From: Podarcis bocagei
Taxonomy: Eukaryota
NCBI GenBank assembly: GCA_964188305.1
Contig: OZ076886.1
Length of the DNA: 64,000 nucleotides
Direction: 5' to 3' (one strand)
Position numbers and translations under genes: made by a program. The notes under the pieces were generated by a model. The model worked only from the letters and a program-made list of their open reading frames with translations, searched no databases and was not told the origin of the DNA. This document shows, one piece after another, positions 35,801-50,107 of the stretch (the stretch's first letter is position 1; each line of letters starts with the position of its first letter).

Positions 35801-38800
35801 AGGCCAGGCCAGCATTCTATGGCAGCCTTCCCTAAACAGGTGCTCTCCATGTTTTGGACTACAATTCCCATAATCCCTGACCACTGGCCAGGGCTCATGC
35901 CATAGGAGCTGCAGCTCAAAACATACAGATGGCAGCAGGTTGGTCCATCTAGCTCAGAAGTGTCCACACCATGAGCAAGGAGCCTTTTTAAGGTCAAAGG
36001 CTGTACAGCCAGCCTTTGGGTGATCTTGTGGGGCTGCATTCCAAAGCCAAATGTTGGCAGAGCCAAAGCCAAACCTACTTTTGATCAGTCATACTCAGTC
36101 ATGTAGATCTCCCTCCTGAGCCATCTCCACTCCATGCTTCTCTCTCTTCCCTTGTATAGGAATTTGGCTTATAAAAAGATCCAATTTGTGTTCATGGGAC
36201 TTTTTCTTCCTAATGGCCACACAAGGGGGCAAATGCCATAAATGGGCAAGGCAGAATGAGCCATTCTTACCAACTCCTCAAATATCACAAACCCCTATGT
36301 GGTCACAAAGACTTTGCTGGAAACATCTGCATTGCAGGCTGCTGGTTCTTCACCATGATCTAGGCTGACTGAGAGGAGGTTCTCCAAGGCTGCAAACAAG
36401 GGTCCTTCCCAGCCCTCATTGGAGATGCCCAAGCATGCAAATCTTGTGGTCTACCACCAAACTGAGATCCTTCTCTAAAACTAGAGGAAGATTGCACAGG
36501 CCAGTATTCTTCTCTTCAAGAAAGTAACTCCTCCCTTTTTGCCACATACATCAGCACACTTCGTGCTCGTGTCACACTGACGTGATTCATCCGGTGCTTC
36601 AATACACTGCTCCCAAGGACCTGCCAGGTTGTTCCACAACACACACATGTGCTCCTTCCTTGTTTATGTGCACACAGTTGTGGTGTTGTCTGTAATTATA
36701 ACCAGAGTTTTCTCCAGGGGCAGTTAAAGACATGTAACGCCAGATGGCTGATACGTATTTTCCTGAGGTGCCTCATCTCCAGCGGCCTTGGCTCCACATG
36801 GCTACCCTAAGCCTGGCCACCCTAAGGTGGCGACAGCACTGGCAAGACAGATTAACAGTGCTTTTCTGAAACTACACTTCTTGATTGTATTGACAGACAT
36901 GTTCACTGGGAATAGGCTCTACAGATCAATTGGCAAACTGCAAGAAGAGGAACCCAATACTCTGCACTCTGCCCCTGCCATCAGTGAAGTCAGCCTTCTC
37001 CTATGCCTTATCACATAATCCCAATGTCAGAGCTGCAAGGAGGCATGGTACAAATTGTACAATCTAGGCAACCACTCTCTAGTTAACAAGGACAGAGGAG
37101 CCCCATGTCCAGCAAGCTGGGGTTTGCAGAGTTCAGTAATCCAGAGAAAAACAACTGCCTGCTCACGACATCCTGGCACCATCCCCAGCAGCAGCTGCCT
37201 GGCTCCTCCAAGCCTCCAGCACACCCACCCTCAGATCCCTCCAGCATTCCACTATCCTCCAAGTGCAAATTAGCACATTATGGGCTGCGGCTGTGCCAGG
37301 TTTAAGATCAGAAAAGGCTGTAATCTTGGCGGCAGACTGGCCTTAGACATTGGACTGAGCTCGAACATATGGCACAATTAAAGAGCCACGCGACAGACAA
37401 TAGCTGGCAAGGCTAACCTTGAACACCAACTTTGAGAACCGACATGCTGCCTGTAGGAAAGACCAGGATGCAGACCTACCAATGGGACCTCTCTATATCC
37501 TGCCTCCCTGCGTTTTATGATGCTAGGGCGGACTTGCACAGGAGCTGTGGTCTCCAAACTGCCCCACTGGCTTTCACGTGGGGATAGACATGAGAATGAG
37601 TTTTTCTCTGCTGCAGCAGCTCTTGCTTTGCATTCCCTTCCTGAGGAGTACACTTGGCCGCAGAGAAGAGGTGCTCTCAGTTAAGAAGCAAAGGGCAAAG
37701 GATTTACACAGACTGCTCTCCTATCCATAATTTACAAGCAACAGTTTCTAACACATACACACACAAAATAGGGAAAAACAACATTCACTCAGGTCCAATT
37801 CCACTGCTTCATGCAGCCAGCATGAGGTTATACACAGACCCTACATGGGCCTCCTCAACTGCTGAGAGTCTGCTTACAGCTCCCTACGGCGGAGCTGGGA
37901 ATGCATAGACAGAAGCAGTACACATAAAATGCTCGGTTGTTCTATCTGGTCTGGCAGGGACATGTGTTTGGCCAGAAGCTGGGTACTATCCCCAGATGTT
38001 CCTGGCCCTGTTCTTTGTAGGTTTCCTGCCTCTGCCCTTTCAGCTCCATTGTGGGGACATTCCAAGGAATGATACAACCCTAACTGGGCGACAAAGCCTC
38101 ATAGTATTCTTGGCTGGCCCCTGCCTTTTGACTTGGCTAGGTGTCCAGACGTCAACAACTTTTTCATCACCTTCGTTCTGAAGAGCAAGGAGAGCCAGTG
38201 AAATAGCTAATCTGAAAGGGGTGGGGACACACACACAGCAATTCAGAGGAGCCCATCAATGTAGACTGTGCATTAACCAGCCAGCTAAAATGCCAATGAA
38301 AAGGAACAGAAAAACAGTAGGACCAAAGTGCACACACAGAACGAGGGCATGGAAAGAAAGTATTGATTTTCCAAGACTAAGGCTGTTCACCCTGAACCCC
38401 AATTTTATTCGCCTAGGGACAATTCTAGCAGTGCCCCCTCCATCATATCTCTGTTATAGCAGGAGGACTGCAGTCATTGGCCTTTACCAAAAAGACCAAC
38501 TAGAAAGATAAAGAGCAAGGGAAGTGGTGCTCCAGGAGATTCTTTCATTGCTCCAACATAAAGGGTCAATGTCTAAACAAATATGTGATGTGAGATTGAT
38601 GAAAGTGTTCAAGGATGGAACCTGGCAGTTAGCAGGCAATAGCTCAAATCGGTTTACGGCATGAGTGGAAAGAACACTTGTGGATTTCTGGGAAAGAGAC
38701 CTCTGCTTCAGGGTGGGCCCATGAGGACCGTATAGTCCCACATATTGGTAAAGAAATGAAAAATTCCGCAATGTAGACCAACCCATAACCAAGGGTCCAG

Positions 38801-41129
38801 CTAACACATTCGACTGCATCAAGAATTGGCACCTGGATAATTTTTTTAATGGCCATTTTATTTTTACATCAAAATGCTAGTCAGTGGCCTGTTTATTTCT
38901 CTTACAACATTAAATTCAAAACAAGTAGATCCCAGAAGTATTAGGGGGAAAGTTATAAAGATGTCAGGATATGAAATTTTGCTGGAGCTTATTCATACTA
39001 TTAGGCCATCTTGACAGTAACTTTGCTGCCGATTTATTATCTGCAGCAAAAATACTTTGGTGTTATTATTGTAAAATATATATTTTCCGGACATGTGGCT
39101 GGTTGTCAAAGAGTTTATGCCCTAACTCATACAGTTATGTGAAGGCAGAGAACAAAATGAGTTCAAATGGTAACTGATATCCCTCTCCGAAGAAGTATAG
39201 GTAGCAATGCTGTACTGAAGAAAAATTCCAAAATCCTTATTAAGGCAATACCTTTATTAGGCCAAGCAAAGTATCACAAGATAGCAGTCAAATTTTCTAG
39301 TTCTCCATAAACTCTTCATCTAAATGGTCAACAAAGCAAGAAAGAAGAGGAAAATAAAATGTCACTGTCCTAAGGCAGACTGAGACGAGGGGCTAACAGA
39401 CATTCAAATGAAGCTCTTTTAGGAACTATGCAAGTATCGGCTTGCACCAAGACTTACTGGGAAGAACCGGTTTGTTCGCTATGGTTCCAAGTTGCTGTCT
39501 CACTGGCAAATCCCAAAAGCAAAAGCCCTGTTTCTGGAACCAATGAATCATTCCACAGCTCAGCTCTCCTAACCTGTGAAATACCTGTGCAGGTTAAAAA
39601 GCAACATTGGTTGCTTGCAAAATGATCCAGTGTCTAGGCAATAAATGGAGCCCCATTTTGGGATGACTTGGTGGTTCCAAAAATTAACAGGAAAAATTGT
39701 TCTACTGGAAAAGTGCTAATTCTGTTTCTCTCTTTCTCTGTGTTTCTTCTCCTCACCCCCCCGCTGGCCAGCCAGCTTAGCAAAGAACATCATTCACATC
39801 CAAGTGTTGCATGATGGGGACGAGGGAATCAGTGTGACCATTCCTGAAGCACTAACAAATATTAATCCAGCAGAGGAGATGAAAGTGAAGAACAAACACA
39901 CACACAACAGCCACAGCCAAGGAAGGAATAACTTGGAAAGTGGAAAATCATCCTTCCCAGAACTGTCTGGTGAGTCACTCAAGGAGGAAGAAACTTGCAG
40001 TGGCAGAGGCAGACTGAAATGATGGATAAGCTGTGCTGCAAACACAGCAGGGGTTGCAATGCATTTAGAAACTGGAACTGCTCGTGACTTATTCTGGGTA
40101 ACACGAAGAAGCATTAAGCATAGCGGATGCACCGCAGACACAGAACTCCAAGGTGCGGTTATTACCCAGCAATGTGATCTTAGGCTCTCTCTGCTAAGTA
40201 GAACACTACAGGCGCAGGGAGGTTACTTAGTACCAGGATTCAAAGACATCCTGTATGGCAACCAGCCTAATGCACAAGCCACAAAGGAATATAATGACAG
40301 CACAAGGCTCTGACCAAAAGGGAGCTGGATCCTACCCAGAACACAGTTGTTAGGAGCAGGAGTCTTCGCCATGCAGGAGATAAAATGAAAAACTGAGCTT
40401 TGTGTATTCAGCATGGAGCTTCCTGCCCATCTTCTCTCAAGGGTCAGGGAAGTCCAGCCCCAAGTTTTGTTCCACATACCTCTCACTTCCTCAGTTCTCC
40501 TCTGGGTCACTTATGACTACCCTGCTTCTCCCACCCCACCATGGATAACCTTCCCATCTTATACTGACTAAGTGCAGGATCCCTCCTCTAAGAGACCTAG
40601 CAAGGCTTCTGGATAGAGAAGGGAAGCCCACCCCACTCTGCGCTCACTTGAGCCAACACTGAGAAAAATTGCTGCTCCATTCAGATACCAGTTCTGCTCT
40701 CCCAAAGCTAGCTATTCCACCTTACTAAATGGCAAGAGCCACTCTCTCTGCCTGCCTAGGAAGAGGATGTGTAAAAAGAGTTTCTTCGACCCAGCAGAGA
40801 TTTGGCTCAGGGTAGAGAATGCTATTGAGCTGGTGTCACCCTGACCTCTGCTGGCGAGAGAAGACTGCAGCACCACAATTTCAAACGAGGGTTTCTCCCA
40901 ATAGTGAAGTTACTTGTGTGCAGTATATATTTTGTTAATGCATGTGAGAGAGATTTTAAAGTAAACGTATATCCAGGTTTTGCCAGCACATTCCAAATCC
41001 CAGAACTGCACATGTGAAAACTCCGTCAACCACAATGTAAATTATATGGTGCAGGTGCTTAACAAAGCTCCTGTGCCACATTTGTGCAAGCTTGTTAGAA
41101 AACTGCAGCTATCCATTATTACGAAGCTG

Positions 41130-41600
41130 CTATGCTCTGGTGACCAACTGCTTGACTCTATGTGGGGCAGCCCCTGAAGATGATCTGGAGGCTGCAGCTC
41201 ATGCAGAACATGGCTCTTGGGTTGGTAAGCCTGATGGGACCATGGGGCTGTGTGTGAACTACCAGGTCTAACATACTAGCATTCAAAGCCCTAAACTGCT
41301 TGGGACCCAAGTACATACCTTAAAAAAAGCACCTTCAATTACCAACTATATTGCGACTACGATCGATAGTGTCACCAGTGGGGATTGGCAGAGACTCGTA
41401 ATGGGGCCTTCTCAGTGGTGGTTCCTCATTTGTGGAATGCCCTCCCTAGGAAGGTGCATCTGCCTCCTTCATTATTAACTTTCAGGAGGAATTTTAGAAA
41501 CGTTCCTTTTTACACAGGCATTTTATGACTAAAAGTGTCAACCCTGAAATTATGACCTGCGAGAGTAGGTGATTGTTTTAAACTATTTTTTAGAAACTCT
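41130..41600 (+). mobile_element. Degenerate L2-type LINE 3' region
   Basis: ctgcagctcatgcagaac...ttcaaagccctaaactgcttgggaccc...gccttctcagtggtggttcct..ttgtggaatgccctccc. Confidence 0.65.
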
Positions 41601-41628
41601 TAACTGTATTGTTTAAGAGTTTGGAGTT

Positions 41629-41855
41629 TGGATTTGATATCCCGCTTTATCACTACCCGAAGGAGTCTCAAAGCAGCTAACATTCTCCTTTCCCTTCCTC
41701 CCCCACAACAAACACTCTGTGAGGTGAGTGGGGCTGAGAGACTTCAAAGAAGTGTGACTGGCCCAAGGTCACCCAGCAGCTGCATGTGGAGGAGCGGAGA
41801 CCCGAACCCGGTTCACCAGATTACGAGTCTATTGCTCTTAACCACTACACCACAC
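41629..41855 (-). mobile_element. tRNA-derived squamate SINE (Squam/CORE-like)
   Basis: Minus strand starts gtgtggtgtagtggttaagagc (A box)...ccgggttcgggtc (B-box-like)...gctgggtgaccttgggccagtcac. Confidence 0.85.
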
Positions 41856-42339
41856 CACCACTACCGACACATTTGCCACCCTGGGTTCCTTTGGGAGGGA
41901 GGTGAAGATATAAGCCTAATAAATAATAATATAGTTGGAAGAGATATTTGAAAACAGTAGTTGCTCAAGATAAGTAAAGATGAAAGGAGGCAAGTAATAT
42001 GAAGCCCAAACTTACTCATTTTCTGAAGAACTTTACTGAAAAGTATCCCATGTTTTGTTTTGTTAATACAAAATCAGTGCAATTTATGTCTCAGCTGTGG
42101 CCTGAACCTTCACCATGCTCATGAAACCAATGTGCAAATTAGGTCAATTACTAACAACTGCCTGGGCATAAGGCCACAGCTAATTTGAATAAGAGTCCTT
42201 TCTACAAAAATAGTATGTCCAGTCTGCTGAAGACTGTGCAAGGCTGGTGCTGTAGCACCAGCGCCATCTGTTGGCTGCACTACAGCACAACTGTCAACCA
42301 GTGCCATAAACTTATTTTCTTATCATTATCCTATTTCAC

Positions 42340-43597
42340 AATATGAAATTTGGCTGGCATGCATGTCTCTGGGATGGGAAAGCCAAAATATATAAAAGTT
42401 TCGTGAACCATGTCATTGGGAGAAATTTGTATAGAGTCTGGGAGAAATGTAAAAATTTGTTGGAAAGAAAAACACCCTTATGGTTATCGCCAACCAAAGC
42501 AATTACAATTAAGACAGTAAATATGGATAGACAGTGGGGGTCCTTTTGAGACTTGTTGGACTTTTCGGGGAGAGAACCCAGATTGAAACCAATGGAAGAA
42601 GTAAAGAGCCAGGTTACTGATTGGGTTACAGTACAGTATCATCAAATAAGAAAAATGGCTTTTTGGACGAAAGCTCACAGTTTGAAAGAGAGTTATTGCT
42701 GAATAAGGAAAAACTACTGTCTAAAATGTATAAATTATTATTGGAATGGGAAACAAAAGATGAGGTGGTTAAAGCGTCAATGACCCATTGGGCAATGGAT
42801 ATAGGGTACAATATAAAACTAAACCTCTGGGAGAAACTTGGAAGAATGATTTGAAATTTACTGCATGCTACACACTGAAAGAGAACTATATGAAAATGAT
42901 CCATAGATGGTATTTAACTCTGAATAGATTGGCTAAGATGTATAATGCAAAATCTGATTTGTGTTGGAAATGTAAAGAAGTAAAGGGAACCTTTTTTCCA
43001 TATGTGATGGGCATGCAAAAAAGTTAAAAGTATATTGGGAAATTATATATAATGAGATGAAAAAAATGTTCAAAACAACTCCCCCCCCCCCCCTGAAACA
43101 GAAGCATTTCTCTTAGGAATTGTTCAGACAGAGGTTTCCAAGAGTCAGGAAAAAATTATTTTGCCGTATATATGTAACAACAGTGGCTCGGATTTTGCTA
43201 GCCCAAAAATGGAAAGTGAGGGAGGTCCTTAGCAAGGAGGACTAGCAATTTATGATGATAGAATATGGAGTTAGCAGGTCTAATAAGTAGAATAAGGGAG
43301 CAAGAAGAACAGGTATTTAAATAGGAGTGGAAAATTTTTGTCAAAGTATATTGAAAACAATTGTGCACAGTTGAAAACACTGGCAGTATTAAAGTAAATT
43401 CAACAGTATAATATCTATTGAAATAATGTAAGATAGGAAAATAGAATTAGAGGCATAGATCAAAATATGCAGGAATGGTGGATAAGTTAAATGACCCTTG
43501 GAAGGAGAGAGAGGTCAATGAATGTATGGTATAATAAAAGATGTTTAATTTGAAATGCAAAATTTGAAAATTTAATAAAAATATATTAAATAAATAA
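42340..43597 (+). mobile_element. L1-clade LINE ORF2 3' part with 3'UTR and A-rich tail
   Basis: KENYMKMIHRWYLT...CWKCKEVKGTF..(fs)HM*WAC zinc-knuckle motif; EAFLLG; aataaa and A-rich end at ~43574-43597. Confidence 0.88.
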
Positions 43598-45328
43598 TCT
43601 TATTTTCTGGGCTGTATACACTCACAGCACTTGAAAAATAATTCTGCACGCACACAATTTAAATTCTGTGGCAAGAAAAATGGGCTGTATAAATAATGCA
43701 ATCTTGCACAATGTATTCTGGATTTGATAGTCATTTGGAGTGGCAGGGGATGGGAAGGGGAGGAAGAGAGAAGAGAGAAGAGGAGGAGGAGGAGGAGGCA
43801 GGGCATCAAAGTCCTCTCCAGCTACTCAAAATCTTATTCTGCTACCTATCTTGATTTAGATTTCAGCAGGTGTGATCCACACATTATTGAGAATAGCCAC
43901 CCATCCATAAGAAATAGAAAATTGCTTTTATCCCTTTTTTCTTTTAAAAAGGTCCTCAGGAAGTTGAAGACAGACATAGAGTACACCTTCAAAAATAGCA
44001 CACACTGCAAGAGGGCAAACGTCCCTTAATTCTAAGCTCAGGTGAGTCTGCTCCCAACTGAAACAGAGCCCATCCTCTTCGCTAATTCTTTGACACAAAC
44101 AAACTGCATTTTGAATAGAAGAAAGGTTCTGTGTTTCCCTCAGCTAGGCTCATACACATCATGGAAACTTCTCTGTGTGTCTGTATTGGGTGCAAAACTT
44201 ACAATTTTGTCTTGCATGTCATGAGCAAAATGTAAACCATGTTTTGCTCAAAGTTCAGTTTAGAAGCTAACAGGAAACCAGCCTCCTGCAAGCAGAGAAT
44301 TCAAACACACCCTTTGTCAACCTTCTCCTATTACACCAGGTGGTTGCCAAGTATTAAAACACTTCTTCCTTAGAGGAAGAGTCTATAAACCTGCCTATAA
44401 AAGGTGCACAGAAACCAGAGGTTCTTTTTGATGAATTTTCTACTCTTAAACGTGTGCATCGTAGAAACTTAGATCCTGTTTCCTACTCCAATGTGTGAGT
44501 TCCTGAAGAAAGTGTTTGGAATGTATGCCACTGAAAGAATCATTGATTGCCACAGGGAAAGCCAAAAGACAAGTCTGTGTCATTAGTTAAAGTGTACAAA
44601 TGTTATTCATGCTGTGCTCTTGAAAACGAAGTCAGATATACCCTTACTTTTGGCTGGGAATCTGATATGGAAATTGGCTTTAAAGCTCCAGTACAAAGGT
44701 AATCAAATTCTTTCTAACTTGATGCAATACTGAGGGCAAAGCCAGATATTAGCTTGCACCTTCATTTTCTATGCCTAATCTGCACCTGCCACCTTATTGT
44801 AAAGTAAGACATCAACAGGTTAGCTGAAGTACCCTTGACATTTTGCTTGAGCACTGCATGCATGGAAGATTACATGCAACAGTCTGTGGGATGGTGATGC
44901 CCATGGCTGGTGTACAGAGGGTTGGTCAAGAGGGAATGTTGCGGCCCTTGAGCAAAAAAGATGTCCCGCCCCAGGTTATTATAACTGAGAGGTAGTCAAA
45001 GAAATTGCTGTCCTCAAGCAAGGGAAGGCACAGATTTTCCTCCAGCAATTATGGAGTCCCTAGTTTTACCTCCCCTTTAACTTGTGGATTGGCTTGTAAT
45101 GGGAAACATGCCCCCAGGACTAACTGAATCTCCTATCAGTAACCAGAAGGGCAGAGTCTAAAAGAGGGCAAAAGCCACCTCAATTACCTCTAGTCTTGTG
45201 AAAATAAAGTTCAGCTACGGTTGCTTTGAGAAACAGCAGGCTGCCAACTCCCCATTTCTTGAATGATGTATTTTTATCTCCCCCCCCCCATACTTCCCAG
45301 CAATTCAGAGTGTGCAGAATACACTTAC

Positions 45329-45509
45329 CAAAAGCCTTCCGAGGCTCAGTAAGCTTCAGTGTGAAAGTGCGGCCTTTGGGCAGGTCCTTGAGCATTTTGG
45401 CGACCTCATAATGCCGGCAGCCGATAAGACTCTGTCCATTGATAGACTCGATCATGTCCCCCACATTGATGACTTGGATCCGGTCAATAACACTCCCTTC
45501 CTTGATTCT
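45329..45509 (-). CDS. GIPC1: GIPC1 coding exon 3 (PDZ domain, C-terminal half)
   Basis: [60 protein letters not shown]; ggcag| ... |gtaagt; 181 nt. Confidence 0.97.
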
Positions 45510-47965
45510 CTGCCAACAACAGATGGGAACAGTCAAGATGCAAATAAAGACCCAACCATTTCCTGACACTTCCCACCTCAAGAAGACATTGTGTCCAGAA
45601 ATCAAGTAACAAACTATACGGCAATAGAGGCAGGCTCTAATTCTAAGCTGACCGAGGTTCACCCATCCATTCTAGCTTCACAATCATACCTTCATGATGG
45701 ACAACTGTCAGCATTTCTACAGGGAAGGAAGCAAGTTGGTGAGAGAAAGAGTGAAGCTCATAATAAAGCAAGCCAATGGAAGAATCATTTTCATTGATGT
45801 TTTTTTAACACCTGGTTATAACCAGACAACTAGTGTGCCAAGACCAATTCCTTGGTGAGTATTTTGCCACATGTATCATGTGCCTTTTAAGCATGTGGGG
45901 AAATCTCCACTGTCAGGCCTCTGAGTAGAGAAGACCATGTACCTCTGAGGAGTAAGAAGCCCAACTTTGTGTTCAGCATGTTTTAACTCCCCTGTCTCAT
46001 GACCTTTCAGCCTTGGGATCCACCACAGCCCTAAACTATGTACATACAATGCTCACCCTGCTCCATTCTGCTCCAGTGCTGAACCTGCAGCTATTTTTCC
46101 TGAGGATTGTGACTCATAATTACACTTATATATTTAATTGACTCATGGTGGATGCAAACAGTAGCCTAACCAGTCTGGCATCCTGTTTCCAGCAGAAGCA
46201 ATTGTCAAATACCTTGGAAGGAGGTATAACCCCACCTCACCAAGCAAAGTTATACTTCTGGAAGCAGTTTAGAAAAAGGAATAGTGCTTCTGGATCACCA
46301 AATATCCCACACATCTAGTCCAAGGAATAAGAGCCTTCTTCACACAAACCTGAAAGTAATAAGCACCCTGAGTCTCTCTCTTCCCTGATCCATGGTTCCT
46401 AGACAGACTGCCCGTATTGCACTGCAACAGGGTGGAAGCATTCCTTTCCTTGCAGGTTTTGCCTTGCAAGAGTGGAGAATGCCCAGAACTACAAACCTAG
46501 TGTGAGACGTTGCCTGTGCATGTTTGTACTGCATGTGGAAGTGTGCAGCAGAATCACTCTGGATTAAGCATGGAGAGAGGTTACACGTGATTTATGATAC
46601 AAGGAACCTATCAGGAAGTGTAGCCTCCTGAAGAGAAGTAGAAAAGGGGGAGGAGACCAGAACAAGGGAGAGTATTGCTAAGGAGAACAGACTTTGACTG
46701 CTTCTGAAACTGAAGCAGGCCAGTACTGGCCTGGAGAAGTTCTGAATACTGTTTCACAGGGTATTTAGGTAATGGTGAACAAATTTCTGTTTTAAAGCTG
46801 CTTAAAGAACTGCAACAGCAAACCTTCACATTAAAAACAAACACTGCAGTGTTGTGCTGTTTTTAAAAGGGCAGGTACTCCCTCAGATCATCTTGTGATA
46901 ATACACAGTCACTTCCTCCAGGACTGAGAAGCTGATGAACCCTGGGTGGAGACAGCAACTGTTTATTAAGTACATAGCAGGTACTGTGGCAGCTCTGCCC
47001 AATGCCATGTGAATATTTCCTTCTCTATCCAAAGATACCAAACTGCCACTAGCCTTACAGCTCCTTGAGAAAGCACAGGTTGTGATGCTCCCAGGAAGTT
47101 CCAACCGCTCCAAGAGAAAACACCCATCTCAAGCAGAGCCACAACTTATTTTCCGCAAGAAAGTTGGAACAAGGCCATGTGGCAGGTGGTCTAAACTTAT
47201 CTACTCCAGGAGAGAATGAGTGTTGCAATCTCATGCTCTTGCACATGCTCAGAACTGTGAAAGTAGAGCAGGCTCCAGTATTTTCCAGAACGTAACTAGC
47301 TAATCCCTAGTTTATGAACCAACCGTATGAAGGGAACATAAGCAAGGGTACAAAGAGGATTGAGGCTCTTGCATCAGAGGTATAGCTCTGTTCCAAGCGT
47401 CTAGGGACATATAACCTGAAAAGTGGAATCCAATATTCCTGCAGAATCTGAGGAATCACACACACACAAAAAAACAGCAACAACACCACATGCACTTTTA
47501 AAGAAGGAAGAACAGAATAACTATTCTACTGGTAGTTAGAAAATGGAGTGGGGTTGGGTTAGTGTAGTCAGGTGGACAAGCTTCTGTATTCTGTAGTACT
47601 GGGGAAAATTTGTTGAATATTTGAAAAATATAGGTATGCAAGTAAGTTCATTTGTAGGATTAACTTAAAACAAGCAGTTAAAAATATTATTGAAAAAAAC
47701 AGAAGATTATCATAAAAATGGAATAAAGTAGAAAATGCAGTGTAAAAAACTAAAATTAAGAAACCACAAAAGTGTGTGGGGGGGAGAGTCAAATATGCAA
47801 TTGTATTGGATGTATGTGTTTGTAGTGTGTCTGTTTGTAAATTTTTGAAAACTGAATTATTATTATTTTTTTTTAAGTAACAGCGAACTAAGGTTTGCAA
47901 ACCAAACCAAACCAAACCAACTATAGTTTCACCTAGCTCATGGTATGTTGGCAGTAAATGAACTA

Positions 47966-48195
47966 CAGTGGTGCCCCGCAAGACGAATGCCTCGCAAGAC
48001 AAAAAACTCGCTAGACGAAAGGTTTTTTCATTCGCGATTTGCCTCGCAAGACGAATTTCCCTATGCGCTTGCTTCGCAAGACGAAAACTTCTTGCGACTT
48101 TGTTAAACCGTTTAAACCGTGCTTCGCAAGACGAAAAATTCGTTAGACGGCAAAAATTGCGGAACGAATTAATTTCGTCTTGCGGGGCACCACTG
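47966..48195. mobile_element. Tc1/mariner MITE, young
   Basis: Perfect 22-bp TIR cagtggtgccccgcaagacgaa; TA on both flanks; internal cgcaagacgaa repeats. Confidence 0.93.
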
Positions 48196-48764
48196 TACTG
48201 TTAAGCCACTGAGCAGGATTCACACATAATGCTAATCCATGCTTTTATAAACCATAAGCATTATGTGCTAACTTGTCCACTATGTAAATAAGTACATTAA
48301 TTCAGTTAGATTGAATATATTTCCACATAGCAGAATTTATGGTTTCTTATCTTATTACTCAAATAATTTTAGCACAGACTTTAAAGAAAGTAAGAACACA
48401 AATGCTGGACAAGAGCAAAGATTTAGCTAGTACAACTTCTTTTCCAACTATAATAGTAATAAACCTCTGTTAGCTCCATCAACTGATATTCAAGGAATCA
48501 CTGCCTCAGTAACTGGAGGTTCCATTTTGTTATTGTGGCTAATAGACTTGGGTTGTCCTATCTCATTTTAAAGCCATCCAAGTCAGTGGCCATCAGCCTA
48601 TCTTGTGACAGCAAACTGAATGAATGATCTGTATCATTTTCTTCTCTCACTTAAATCTACTTACAATTAATTTAACTGGGTGCCCCAAAGCATCTATAAA
48701 AGAAATTCTTATCTGCTTCCTCAAACTTTTATATAACTAAAAATCTCTGTATCATATCCTTCTT

Positions 48765-49096
48765 AGGTAAAGGTACCCCTGACTGTTAGGTCCAGTCGCA
48801 AATGACTCTGGGGTTGCGCGCTCATCTTGCTCTATAGGCCAAGGGAGCCGGCGTTTGTCTGCAGACAGCTTCCGGGTCATGTGGCCAGCATGATTAAGCC
48901 ACTTCTGGCAAACCAGAGCAGCGCACGGAAACGCCGTTTACCTTCCCGCCGGAGTGGTACCTATTTATCTACTTGCACTTTGATGTGCTTTCGAACTGCT
49001 AGGTGGGCAGGAGCTGGGACTGAACAATGGGAGCTTACCCCGTCGCGGGGATTCGAACCACTGACCTTCTGATTGGCAAGCCCTAGGCTCTGTGGT
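48765..49096 (-). mobile_element. Sauria SINE
   Basis: ggtaaagg tail; gtcatgtggccagcatga...ccgtttaccttcccgccggag.ggtacctatttatctacttgcac..ttcgaactgctagg; B box ggttcgaatcccc on the - strand. Confidence 0.92.
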
Positions 49097-49637
49097 CATC
49101 TTTTTTTCCTTAAAAACCCCCACCCCAAATGCTTAGCATTTCTAGACTACTTGGTTTATCAGGACTTTTCTGTTCAGACCCCAGAAGATAACCTGGTTAT
49201 CATGTTTCATGTAGAAAAGGCCAGCAGGTGTTTTAGGGAGCCTTGTGCATTATACAATCACTTGGTACAGTAAAATAATACATTCTCAGCCAGAGTGGGA
49301 AGGAAAAAAGGGTAATTGTTAGGAATGGGTGGGTTGGACTCCCTAGCTCCTGTAAGACACATTAGCTCCCAGAAAGGTTCAGATCAGGGAAGATTCGTAG
49401 CTCACAGTATGAGGATTAGGGTAAGCACTGGGCTTAGTGGCCTCTTGGGTAGAAACCTCTGAAAGATAAAACAGCCGCCCTGAAGCTGATAGATTAGAAA
49501 GAACAATGGAAGCAACACAGTGGACCAAACCAAAAACCAAAAACCACACCCACAAAATGGAAGCCCCATACACCCTCCTTCAACAGCAGCCAGAATTCAG
49601 TAGGAGAGCAGCACAAGCTGAGCCTACCCAAAGATAC

Positions 49638-49823
49638 CTTGATAAAAGCATAGCCAGCTCCATTGTCTGTGATGGTCAGGCCCAGGGCTTCCTCAGATTT
49701 GAACACCTCAACCTCCTTCCTCTGGCCCTTTGTGTGGGCGAAGATGAAATCCTCTAGGCCAATCTGGCCACCCAACAGTTTTTCCATGTCCACTTTGTGG
49801 GTATTTAAGGTGCAGAACATCAC
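49638..49823 (-). CDS. GIPC1: GIPC1 coding exon 2 (end of GH1, start of PDZ)
   Basis: [62 protein letters not shown]; ctag| ... |gtatct; 186 nt. Confidence 0.98.
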
Positions 49824-50107
49824 CTAGATAATGGGAAAGGAGGCATGAGCACTTGACATTACAGGCATCCTAACTGCTTTTAGAGAAAGTGCACCAGTGA
49901 GGTCTGCTCCTTCAGTTCAAGAGGTAAGAGACCTGGAAGCTTTTGACCACAGACTTGCAGCATACGCTCCCAGATATTTACTTAAACACAGCCTCATGCA
50001 ATCCAAACTGTGGTTGACCCTGGCACCTGCCCCACCCAAGCTGAGTTAGCCATGCCATCCCCAACACTAAATGGGCATTACCAGGAAAACATGATGATTC
50101 TACCTAC

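Noticed and set aside
44503-44550. ctgaaga...gaaa hammerhead-like motif
   Set aside because: Stem II is present but there is no valid NUH cleavage site or stem I.
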